The notes: generated by a model from the sequence alone, not told the origin. A stretch of 64,000 nucleotides of DNA from Candidatus Pacearchaeota archaeon (GCA_016181885.1 JACOYJ010000001.1:2792-66791), one strand, 5' to 3'; counted from the stretch's first letter, positions 18,227 through 27,117 are shown. Program-made: numbers and translations.

Positions 18227-18361
18227 ATGGAAATGGTGAAGATACCTAAGGCAGAGTATGAACTGCTTAAAAAACAATCTGATATAGACGTTGATTTATT
18301 AAATCAGTTAATCGAGAGTCTAAAGGATATAAGGGAAGGAAGAATTAGAAGAGTTAAGTAA
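18227..18361 (+). CDS. Small antitoxin-like protein (44 aa; an in-frame ATG at 18188 would give 57 aa)
   Basis: Own translation: MEMVKIPKAEYELLKKQSDIDVDLLNQLIESLKDIREGRIRRVK*. Pattern typical of small antitoxins. Its 3' end overlaps the RelE stop convergently by 8 nt. Confidence 0.4.
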   Translation: MEMVKIPKAEYELLKKQSDIDVDLLNQLIESLKDIREGRIRRVK

Positions 18362-18683
18362 GGTCTTCTTCGCTAATTAATTTTTCTATTTCGTCTCTAA
18401 AAAAATCAAAGAATAACCTTATTGTATTTATTATTTTTTGCTGGTCTTTCTTTTCACTTATTGCAACCATAAAAACTGCTTTCAAATCATCATAGACCAA
18501 ATAATAAACCCTATATTTATCAACTCTCTTCTCTCTAAACCATTTTGTCCCTAAGGGATCTCCGGTGTAAGGATTATCCCTTAATTGTTCTTCAATTTTA
18601 TCAACACGACCTTGAAAGAAAGTATCAAATTTATTTAATTCCTTGTCAAATCTAGAAGAATGATACACTCTATAGGAATTCAT
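18354..18683 (-). CDS. RelE/ParE-family toxin
   Basis: ...DNPYTGDPLGTKWFREKRVDKYRVYYLVYDDLKAVFMVAISEKKDQ is a typical RelE-family core. Confidence 0.7.
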   Translation of the reverse strand: MNSYRVYHSSRFDKELNKFDTFFQGRVDKIEEQLRDNPYTGDPLGTKWFREKRVDKYRVYYLVYDDLKAVFMVAISEKKDQQKIINTIRLFFDFFRDEIEKLISEEDLT

Positions 18684-19045
18684 TAAAAGTAAAATTAAAA
18701 TGGATTAATAAAGTTTTATTTATTGTTTGATTAGCAACTAATTAAGGTATACCGCTCACTCATAAGACTCGTTCGCGTATTAATGCACTCAGAAATTGAC
18801 ATTGTCTAATTTCTTCGCTAAAGAATAATATTAATCCAAAAACAATTTTCATAGTAGGATAATATAATTTTAAGTTAAGCGATTAGTAGAACAAAAAACG
18901 AATTTTGATTAAAATTTATGAAACATCGCGGAGCTTGCGGAGCGGCTAAATTTGGGTTGGGCGAGCAACTTTACGAAGGAGCAGTTTATAATTAATAACC
19001 TAGCGGGGTTACGATGAGGGAGGGAATAGATGCGGATCATTAATT

Positions 19046-21925
19046 TTACTTCCCAATTTCCTTCAATTTTTTAAGAACATCGTCTAATTCCCCGCCTTTT
19101 TCTTTTGGCTTTTCTTGTTTCTTAATTTCTGGTTTCTTAGGAGGCTCTCTTGACAATGGTTGAGGTGGTTGAGGTCTTGGAACTCTTGACATTGGCGGTT
19201 GAGGCATTGATCTGCCTTGAGAAGGCAAAATTGACCTTGGTCTCGAAGGCATTGGTCTCATTTGAGGTTGAGACATCATTCCAGGCATTGGTGGAAATCC
19301 AGGACGCCTTGGCATATCTCTCTTTGAACCTGGAAGCATTGATTTTAATTTCATTATCAAAGGCCTTAACCTTTCCCTTAAGATTATTCCGATAACTGCA
19401 AGAATTATTAATGTTAAAAGTATCCAAAGCCATAGATAACTTCCTTTTTTCTCTCTTATGCATTTTCCATCTTTACAAATTCTGCCATCAGTGCAGCCTG
19501 AATTTGAGGTGCAAGCGGGTGTGCTCTTTGAAATACAGCAAACATCTGACGAGCCGTCTTCACAGCCCTGGCTTACCTTCTCTTCTATGGTTGAGTCGCA
19601 AGAAGATTTGCATGTTCCTGAAACATACCATTCACAATCTGTATAAGAGCCGCCTGTTCCTGATTTTTCACAAGTTCCGCCAACGCAACAAACTTGGCTT
19701 GAAGTGAGATTATCCGCTGAAATTATCAAGCCATCTTGGCAAAATTCATTTGATTCACAAATATCTCCATTCATTCCGCTGCAGGAATTGTCTGTTGTCA
19801 AATCCTCATCGCAACAAACAAAAGTTCCGGGGCAGGAATATCCAGACTTTTCATTTCCGCTATCTAATCTGCATCCTTCCCTTGACCTGCAGAAAAATCC
19901 AGAATCGACGCATTTTAGAGCCGCCCCTTCTTTTTTGCATTTATTGTCAGCGCCGCAAATAAATCCAGCGCCATAAACGGCGACACATTCTTTGTTAAGC
20001 AAACACTCAACTGAATCCTTTCTGCATTGTGAAACATCAAACTTGCATGCATTTGAACTATTTTTAGGGTAGCAGGAGATAGTTCCTCCGTCGTAAGAGA
20101 AATAAGAGCAGGTTATATTTTTTACTGTTCCATCGCAATCTTCACCCGGGTCAACTTGCCCGTTACCGCATAATGAAGTCGCATTTATTGGAGCGCATCT
20201 ATTTGTTGCAAGATTGCACTGCATTCCTGATGGGCAAGGCTTTGTTGAATTACATTCGTCACGAGGGCTTGTGAAACATCCTGTTGTATTAAAAGTGCAT
20301 TGTTTTGAGGCTCCAGAAGAATAACATGAAAGAGTTCCATTATTGAAACCTTGTTGAAGACTTGAACAACTAGTTATTGCGCCCCAATTTGCTCCGTCGC
20401 AGGTTTCATTTAAGGTTAAGTCAATATTTCCGTCGCCGCATCGCGGCGGCTGAGTTGGCTGTCTTGCGCAAGTCCCGTTTTGAAGACAAATCCAATTTGC
20501 TCCGAATAGTGCGACGCATTGAGTGCTACTTGTACAGCCTTGCTGTGTTATGTTTTTAGGAACGCAAACACCATCAACACAGTCTTGAGTATTCGGGCAT
20601 GGGTTTGAAGCAGAACACTGAGGCTGCTGCAAAACACAATTTCCTTGGGGGGAGCAGATATAATTGCTTCCATAGTTTGACTGGCACCATGCATTGCTTG
20701 TGCATTCTGGCTGAGGCTTTCTTAAGCAATTTCCGTCGGCACTGCAGTAATAACTGCTGTTGTATAAAGAAACGCAGGTTTGATTATTCGTGCATTCTGG
20801 AGAAACTGGGGCTGATTCTGGCCAGACAGAATGAAGAACAAAAGCTGTATTTCTTATTGTGTCTCCTTCTCTCCAGCATCCCTTATCTGCCCCTGATTTT
20901 GTCTGCATTTTTCTGAACCAATCTTTTGTTTTTTGTGACGCACCCTGCTCCAAAGTGTAAACAGCGAGCGCAGTATCATAATATTTATCACCTGAGACAC
21001 TCCAATATTCGTTGAAGAAGAAATTTTTATGGCCTAATATTTGGAGATAAAAATCGTTGCTTGCAGTTATCGAGTAAAGGAAAGCTGCTGGCAGATATTT
21101 CTCATTCTCTGTTTTTGTCGAGCCTGCCTGCAAGTAAGGGACGAATGGCGCAATGTTGTAATTAGGGCTTATGTATCCTAAAACCATTGCTGACCACAAT
21201 CCGCCTTCATAGTCGCATGATGTTCCCTGCTTGAAGCATAAAGATTTTATATTTTCAAAAGTTTTTCCATCTTTTGCTGCACTGTGAGTTTCAGAAGATA
21301 CAAAAATCGTCGGAGACGAGCCTTCTTTATACAAAAGATTTGTTAAAAATCCGCTGTCGCATTGAATCTGAAATTCTTTATTGTAGCAAGCCCGATTAAT
21401 TTGAAGCCAATAATTCTGCTGGCCAAAAGTAAAGCATGAGCCTAAATTTCCTGCTGATATTTTTTTATCGGCTCCGATGGAGATTGTGATGGGAGACAGA
21501 TCATATGGAGTTACAGTGCATGTTACAGGATCTGAACTTTCAATCTGCAAAAACCAGTCAATTCCCTCGGGAACCATCTGCTGGGAGTAAAGCCAATCAG
21601 CCTGCTTTGAGACATCTTCTCCCTCCTTATATAATGCAAGTATCGCTTGAGCGGTTGTTTTTATGTCACATCCCAAAGAAGAAGTTTTTCCCCAGCACAA
21701 ATCATTTTTCTTGTCTGCCAGCAACTTTGTCTTGCAGATTGCATTATCATCGAGAGCAAGCAAAGAAAAAGCCTTCTGCTCTGTTGTTGCAAACGCGCAA
21801 TTCTGGGAATTTATCTTCGACAGGAGGCAGTTATATCCGTCCTGAACATCTGACGATTCATCTGCAGATACGAAAGCTAACAGAGTTAAAAATAGCACTA
21901 AAAAAACCACGCCCCCTTTTTTCAT
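19046..21925 (-). CDS. Giant Cys-rich type-I membrane surface protein (959 aa) with a Pro/Met/Gln-rich cytoplasmic tail
   Basis: Signal peptide; N-terminal about 370 aa with spaced A.SLLAL / TAQAILAL / DTALAVYTL / TAFVLHSVW motifs (alpha/alpha-toroid-like; inference). Cys-rich modules including CGDGNID...ETCD and CGNGQVDPGEDCD. TM helix followed by a 110-aa tail. Confidence 0.7.
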   Translation of the reverse strand: MKKGGVVFLVLFLTLLAFVSADESSDVQDGYNCLLSKINSQNCAFATTEQKAFSLLALDDNAICKTKLLADKKNDLCWGKTSSLGCDIKTTAQAILALYKEGEDVSKQADWLYSQQMVPEGIDWFLQIESSDPVTCTVTPYDLSPITISIGADKKISAGNLGSCFTFGQQNYWLQINRACYNKEFQIQCDSGFLTNLLYKEGSSPTIFVSSETHSAAKDGKTFENIKSLCFKQGTSCDYEGGLWSAMVLGYISPNYNIAPFVPYLQAGSTKTENEKYLPAAFLYSITASNDFYLQILGHKNFFFNEYWSVSGDKYYDTALAVYTLEQGASQKTKDWFRKMQTKSGADKGCWREGDTIRNTAFVLHSVWPESAPVSPECTNNQTCVSLYNSSYYCSADGNCLRKPQPECTSNAWCQSNYGSNYICSPQGNCVLQQPQCSASNPCPNTQDCVDGVCVPKNITQQGCTSSTQCVALFGANWICLQNGTCARQPTQPPRCGDGNIDLTLNETCDGANWGAITSCSSLQQGFNNGTLSCYSSGASKQCTFNTTGCFTSPRDECNSTKPCPSGMQCNLATNRCAPINATSLCGNGQVDPGEDCDGTVKNITCSYFSYDGGTISCYPKNSSNACKFDVSQCRKDSVECLLNKECVAVYGAGFICGADNKCKKEGAALKCVDSGFFCRSREGCRLDSGNEKSGYSCPGTFVCCDEDLTTDNSCSGMNGDICESNEFCQDGLIISADNLTSSQVCCVGGTCEKSGTGGSYTDCEWYVSGTCKSSCDSTIEEKVSQGCEDGSSDVCCISKSTPACTSNSGCTDGRICKDGKCIREKKGSYLWLWILLTLIILAVIGIILRERLRPLIMKLKSMLPGSKRDMPRRPGFPPMPGMMSQPQMRPMPSRPRSILPSQGRSMPQPPMSRVPRPQPPQPLSREPPKKPEIKKQEKPKEKGGELDDVLKKLKEIGK

Positions 21926-22031
21926 ATGGGAATAAGGCTTGCTCTATTTTTAAAATTATCCTTAATTATGGGAAATGTCTGTATTTATTTTTTGCAATAA
22001 TCTTTATAAATTGACTGCTTTTACTTTGAGA

Positions 22032-22882
22032 ATGCCAAAAAATGGAGCTTTAGATCTTTCAGTTATAATTCCGGTTCATAACGAAGAAGGAAATATAGAA
22101 TACCTTTACAAAGAGCTAAAGGAAGCAATAAATTTTTCAAAAAGATATGAGATGATTTTTGTTGATGACGGCTCAAGGGACAACTCGTTTGCTATTCTTT
22201 CTCGAATTGCAAGAGAGGACAAAAATGTGAAAGTCGTGAAGCTCCGCGGAAATTACGGCCAGACTGTTGCAATGAGGGCCGGGCTTGATGTCTGCTCAGG
22301 GGAAAAAATAATAACCATGGACGGCGATGGGCAGCATCATCCGAAATACATTATTGATTTTTATAAGAAGCTTGATGTTTATGATGTTGTTTGCAATAAT
22401 AGGCTTAACAGAAGGAAGAAAACAACCCCCCTAGGGAATTTTTTAGTTAGGCTTTTGTTTAAAGTTCCATACAGAGATTCTATTGGCGGAATGAAAGGTT
22501 TTACAAAAAAGGTCAAGGAAGAGATATATCTTTATGGAAATATGCACAGATATCTCCCCCTTCTTGCAAGATGGAGGGGATTTAAAGTCGGCGAACAGGA
22601 GATAAGTTTTTTGTTTCGTATTCAACGAGGCCGAGCCACATTTTTGGAAGTGCTGGGTTATTTAGTCTGGGGATAGGCTCCTTGGCTTTATTTTATTTAT
22701 TTATAGCCAGATTATTCTTCGGGGTTCCGGTAGCAGACCACCTGCCCATTTTTTTAGGGGGAATAATGCTGACACTAATAGGCTTTAATTTCTTATTTTT
22801 TGGATTTTTAGGGGATATGATTTCTTACAATCATTTATCTAAGAACAAAGATAAAAATTACATTGTTGAAAAGATTGCTTGA
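22032..22882 (+). pseudogene. GT2 polyprenol-phosphate glycosyltransferase (DPM1/GtrB-like), disrupted by a frameshift
   Basis: Catalytic part: VIIPVHNEE, FVDDGSRDNS, MDGDGQHHP. The C-terminal TM part (STRPSHIFGSAGLFSLGIGSLALF..., continuing into ORF 22682..22882) is in another frame that is open from 22586. A T6 run sits at 22607-22612. Confidence 0.55.
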
Positions 22883-22887
22883 ATAAA

Positions 22888-23841
22888 TTATGGGAAAAGA
22901 TTTTGATTCGCTAAAATCCATTTGTAAGATTCCTTTAATCCATTTCTCAAGCTAAATTTTGCATTAAAGCCAAGATTTGCCGACGCTCTTCTTATGTCAA
23001 CAGTATTCTTTTCCGGGTCTCCTTTTAATGGGGGCGTGTTTCTAATAATTGCTTTTTTTCCCGTAACAAACTCTATTTCCCTAACTAAGTCGTTGATGCT
23101 AACTTCTTCAGGAGCTGCAATATTGTAAACTTCGCCTTTGCCTCTTGCCTTTTCGTAAACAGATAAAATGCCATGAACAGCATCAGAGACAAATGTAAAG
23201 CTTCTTTTTTGGCTTCCATCACCATACACTTCTATTGGCTTGCCTGCGTGAATGTTGTGGATAAATTTGGGTATTACAGCTGCGTAAGTTATATCCGGCC
23301 GCTGCCTTGGCCCAAAAACGCTGAATAGCCTTGCCGTGGCTGTCTGGATTCCGAATAATTCGTGGAATACTCTGGCATAATTTTCTCCAGCCAGTTTCCC
23401 GACACCATAGGGATGCGGGGGAATTAATTCATTATCTTCATGCCTTGGATATTTAAGCGAGTTTCCATAAACAGACGAGCTCGAGATATTTACAACTCTT
23501 TTAACATTATTTATTCTGCAGGATTCTAGGACATTTATTGTTCCGTCGATATTTGCCTTGTGGGCCACTATTGGGTTGTCAATGCTTCTCTGCGCCCGAT
23601 TCATTGCTGCTAAATGTATAACCCCGTCAACACCGTCGAAAATTGGAGATATTGCATCAAAATTAGATATATCTGCAACATGAAGTTCAGCGCCTAAGTC
23701 GTTTAACCTTGAGACATTGTCCCTAGTCACGGACAAGTTATCTATAACTTTAACATTAAATCTTCTCCTTATCAGCTCATCCACTAAATGACTTCCAATA
23801 AAGCCGGCGCCGCCAGTAACTAAAATCACTTTTCTTGCCAT
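22888..23841 (-). CDS. NAD-dependent nucleotide-sugar epimerase/dehydratase (SDR)
   Basis: VTGGAGFIGSHLVDEL Rossmann motif; YGVGK (YxxxK); 317 aa. Confidence 0.85.
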   Translation of the reverse strand: MARKVILVTGGAGFIGSHLVDELIRRRFNVKVIDNLSVTRDNVSRLNDLGAELHVADISNFDAISPIFDGVDGVIHLAAMNRAQRSIDNPIVAHKANIDGTINVLESCRINNVKRVVNISSSSVYGNSLKYPRHEDNELIPPHPYGVGKLAGENYARVFHELFGIQTATARLFSVFGPRQRPDITYAAVIPKFIHNIHAGKPIEVYGDGSQKRSFTFVSDAVHGILSVYEKARGKGEVYNIAAPEEVSINDLVREIEFVTGKKAIIRNTPPLKGDPEKNTVDIRRASANLGFNAKFSLRNGLKESYKWILANQNLFP

Positions 23842-23927
23842 AGATTCATCCGCTTTTTACGCTCACCACTAAAAAACATTAATTAAATGATTTAAATGCT
23901 TTCTTATACTTTAATACATAGTATGGA

Positions 23928-25187
23928 TTATTGTTTTCTGATTCCTTTAGAATTTTTTTTAATAAGATAGTTTACTGGATTTTTTAGCTTGAGTTCGTCC
24001 TCTGTCGGCACTGCCCCTATGGCGGCATAATAATCTTTATCATAATTTGGGGGAAGTATTGTCTTGTTCCTATAAGCCCATGCAAGCTGTGCCTGAATGT
24101 AGCCTTTAAGCAACGGAACTTTATTTTTCTTATTCCATTCTTCTATTCTTTTTTCCAGCTCGTCTTTTTCAACACCTATTGCCCTAAAGAAATTTATCAA
24201 AACAAAAAGCGCCCTTTTTCTTCCATCACCAACCCCTAAAAGAATTGTTTTAATTGATGGCGGAAAATGGGTGTCAGAAAGATTTTCAAATTTAATTGGC
24301 TGGAAATCTCTTTGATGTTTCTCGCTGTTTTCTTTAGGAGCGTGTTCTTTATACCAATCCAGCGCCTGAACCAGGAGTTCTGATGCTTCGCCTTTTTTTA
24401 CTTCAGGAATAAAATTCCTGATATTTATTTTCATTGGGTCAGCGCTTTTTAAATCAAAATCATCAAGCTCTTTTGGCAGAATTACTACACTAGCGAGGGC
24501 AGTCTTTTCATGGAGGGAATATGGAGCTCTAAAAAGATGCCTTGGAGCAACTAAAACCAAATCCGGGATTACCTCTTTGGAAGCCTGAAAATTCCTTACA
24601 TATTTGCCCGGTTTTTCCAAATTTGAAATTTCCTTGACTAAATCTTTTTCTATTGTTGAATTAATGTATTTCAGGATTATTCTGGGCCATTCCGGAAACA
24701 TCGATGCTGTTTTAACGCCGTTGACTTCTTTCGGAAAAGCCTGCCAAGGAATTATCAAATGGAACCCTTTGCTTCCGGAGAATTTTATTCCAATGTTTTT
24801 TACGCCGTGGAAGTTAAGGGTTTTTAATATCAGCTTCGCCATTACTTTGCTGTAATCGGCATATTTTGAGTCAATGTCTATAATCAAATCCCAGCCAATT
24901 CTCAAATCGCGAATTTTTTGCTCTGGAAGATTTAATTCAAGCTTGAGGGGGTCTTCCCACAATTCTTCAGAGCAGTGAAAAGAAGTCGCGCCTTTTTTAG
25001 CCAATTCAAAAACATCGCTTTGATATTGCAGAGCATCTGGGCGCTTGCCAAAGCCTTCAAAATATCTCGGAACTGTCTCCCTATTGTTAGAAAAAGAAAA
25101 AATTGCTTTCTGAATTTCCGAGCGGGAATAATATAGTGAAGTTATCTTTCTTATTCTCTGCTCTTTTATGCTTTCCTCTTCCCCCAT
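23928..25187 (-). CDS. priS: DNA primase, PriS-type catalytic subunit with an extra C-terminal helical domain
   Basis: GWDLIIDIDS (DxD), FSGSKGFHLIIPW, RAPYSLHEKT. The C-terminal about 120 aa (GDGRKRALFVLINFFRAIG...) is helical and lacks the Fe-S cysteines. Confidence 0.8.
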   Translation of the reverse strand: MGEEESIKEQRIRKITSLYYSRSEIQKAIFSFSNNRETVPRYFEGFGKRPDALQYQSDVFELAKKGATSFHCSEELWEDPLKLELNLPEQKIRDLRIGWDLIIDIDSKYADYSKVMAKLILKTLNFHGVKNIGIKFSGSKGFHLIIPWQAFPKEVNGVKTASMFPEWPRIILKYINSTIEKDLVKEISNLEKPGKYVRNFQASKEVIPDLVLVAPRHLFRAPYSLHEKTALASVVILPKELDDFDLKSADPMKINIRNFIPEVKKGEASELLVQALDWYKEHAPKENSEKHQRDFQPIKFENLSDTHFPPSIKTILLGVGDGRKRALFVLINFFRAIGVEKDELEKRIEEWNKKNKVPLLKGYIQAQLAWAYRNKTILPPNYDKDYYAAIGAVPTEDELKLKNPVNYLIKKNSKGIRKQ

Positions 25188-25271
25188 GGGAAAAAATGCA
25201 AAGCCCTCTTTAAATAATTACCTTATTTTCATCATAACAATACTTAAAAACGAAGCACTCTCTTGAATAAT

Positions 25272-26009
25272 ATGCTGCTTAAATTAGACAATCCAAGCCT
25301 GCTTTTAAAAGGAGTTGATATGATTTCAGAGCTAGTTACTGAAGTTAAAATAAAGTTCAACGATTACGGACTTTCAATAACTGCAATGGACCCTGCGAAT
25401 GTTTCTATGGTTGGATTCAAGCTTCCAAAAAGCGCTTTCAGCCAGTTTGAAAGTGAAAATACCACTATTGGGATAAATCTTGATAGTTTTAAAAAAATAC
25501 TTAAGAGAGCAGGACCCGGGAGCTCGATGATAATTGAAAGAAAGGAAAATTTGTTAGGAATACAAATACAGGACAAGATAAAAAGAAGTTTTGACTTAAG
25601 CCTTATAGATATAGAATCTGAAGACATTGACTTTGACGCTAAAGTTGGCAGGATGGAATTTACTTCTAAAGTCGAGCTGGATTCTATAGACTTCATTGAT
25701 GTTATAGAGGATGCTATTGTTGTCTCTGATGCCTGCGCTTTTATCGTTGACAATGGAAAATTTATAATTGAGGCTAAGGGCTTGAATTCTGCAAGGGCTG
25801 AGTTTTCCAGCGACGAAGCGAAAATAAATGCTGAAAACTGCAAAGCGAGATACAGCCTTGAATATTTGCAGAAATTCTTAAAAGGAGCAAAGGTCTGCGA
25901 TAAAACACTTATTTCTTTCGCTGACGACCATCCCTTGAAGCTTGACTTTAACTCTTCTGGAATGCAGATAAGTTTTGTTTTGGCGCCACGCGTAGAAACA
26001 GAAGACTAA
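25272..26009 (+). CDS. pcn: DNA polymerase sliding clamp PCNA
   Basis: About 245 aa; ...DYGLSITAMDPANVSMV..., ends ISFVLAPRVETED like archaeal PCNAs (LLAPRVEE). The track start at 25263 is TTG; the ATG is at 25272. Confidence 0.88.
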   Translation: MLLKLDNPSLLLKGVDMISELVTEVKIKFNDYGLSITAMDPANVSMVGFKLPKSAFSQFESENTTIGINLDSFKKILKRAGPGSSMIIERKENLLGIQIQDKIKRSFDLSLIDIESEDIDFDAKVGRMEFTSKVELDSIDFIDVIEDAIVVSDACAFIVDNGKFIIEAKGLNSARAEFSSDEAKINAENCKARYSLEYLQKFLKGAKVCDKTLISFADDHPLKLDFNSSGMQISFVLAPRVETED

Positions 26010-26191
26010 AAATTTAGCAAAATAAGAGTATTAACGGAAATCGCTTGTCCGAGCAGAGGTAATCCGCAAAAACATTTATATATGGGGGTTGGTTAGTATT
26101 ATTAAGTATATTAAATGTTACTAAATTTATTAGATTAGATTAAGTAGCATAAAATTTATTTAATAAGCTAAAATATTATAGGGTAATACTT

Positions 26192-26344
26192 ATGAAAGAA
26201 AGGGTCTCGGCAACAATAGATAAAGAAACTTCTAAAATAATTGATGAAATGTTAAAAAAAGGAAATTATAGAAATAAATCCCATGTCATAGAGGACGCTA
26301 TTAAAATATTAAAAGAGGTTAAAAATGGAAAACAAAACAAATAA
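26192..26344 (+). CDS. Ribbon-helix-helix (CopG/Arc-like) protein, 50 aa
   Basis: Own translation: MKERVSATIDKETSKIIDEMLKKGNYRNKSHVIEDAIKILKEVKNGKQNK*. Overlaps the first gene of the pilin-like locus by 20 nt. Confidence 0.6.
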   Translation: MKERVSATIDKETSKIIDEMLKKGNYRNKSHVIEDAIKILKEVKNGKQNK

Positions 26345-27116
26345 GAAATCTCAAATAACTATCTTCGTAATCGCCGGGATATTAATTGTTGCAATAGTTT
26401 TATTGTTCTTTTTCCTTAAATCAAAGGGAGATGAGCCCGAACGGGGAGCGACTTCCCCTGAATCTATCCTTGAAACTTGCCTTAAGCAAGATGTTTATGA
26501 TGCTCTTCAAGTTATTGGAGAACACGGCGGAGATGACAACCCTGAATTAGGTTTATCTTTCAGGTTTGAAAACGAACCTGCTGTAAAGATAGCATACTTG
26601 TGCTACACTTCTAAAGACCGCGAACCATGCACAAACCAAGAGCCCTTGTTATTCTGGAAAGTAGAGAGAGAAATGGAAAGCTATCTAAATGATACTATTA
26701 ATTACTGTGTTGATGCTATGGGAAAAAGTCTTGAAAAAAAAGGGTATGCTGTTGATATAAGATACTTTCGTGGAGATTTTGAAATTGATATTAATGAAAA
26801 CGGAATTGATATAAAGATAAATGCGGATATGACTCTCTCTAAAAACAATCAAAATAAAGTAAAAAAAGGACTTAAAGCTGTATTCAAAACAAAGTTTTAT
26901 GATTTAATTTACACTTCACGAAGGATAATTTATGACGAGAGAGTGAGCTGCAGCTTTGACATAGCCAGTTATGTCGGGAAATATCCTGATTTTTCCATTG
27001 ATAGAGAGATAACATTGTCTCCCGACTTCTCCAAAATTTATACTGTTAAGACTAAAAATTCGCCTGAGATTTTCAGGTTTGCTGTAAGAAGCTGCGTAGA
27101 TCAGCCAGGAGCTTAA
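26325..27116 (+). CDS. Pilin-like (class III signal) protein A1, paralog of 30691..31476
   Basis: N-terminus NKKSQITIFVIAGILIVAIVLLFFFL. Shares YLCYT...C..Q.P and the C-terminal F.FA.RS....PG with A2. Confidence 0.65.
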   Translation: MENKTNKKSQITIFVIAGILIVAIVLLFFFLKSKGDEPERGATSPESILETCLKQDVYDALQVIGEHGGDDNPELGLSFRFENEPAVKIAYLCYTSKDREPCTNQEPLLFWKVEREMESYLNDTINYCVDAMGKSLEKKGYAVDIRYFRGDFEIDINENGIDIKINADMTLSKNNQNKVKKGLKAVFKTKFYDLIYTSRRIIYDERVSCSFDIASYVGKYPDFSIDREITLSPDFSKIYTVKTKNSPEIFRFAVRSCVDQPGA

Positions 27117-27117
27117 A

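Noticed and set aside
21975-22031. Upstream extension of the GT2 ORF (MSVFIFCNNLYKLTAFTLR)
   Set aside because: It overlaps the promoter region shared with the divergent 959-aa gene. The conserved GT2 N-terminus begins right after the internal ATG at 22032 (MPKNGALDLSVIIPVHNEE).
25364-25843. 159-aa minus-strand ORF inside PCNA
   Set aside because: Antisense shadow of a confidently identified gene, with Ser/Ile-rich nonsense composition. The same reasoning applies to the antisense ORFs within B1/B2C (27270..27638, 35199..35681), the S-layer gene (42395..42778), the 628-aa gene (49285..50094), the 959-aa and 642-aa genes (many 60-170-aa ORFs between 16.4 and 22.0 kb) and L11 (59355..59735, 59477..59704, 59759..60151).
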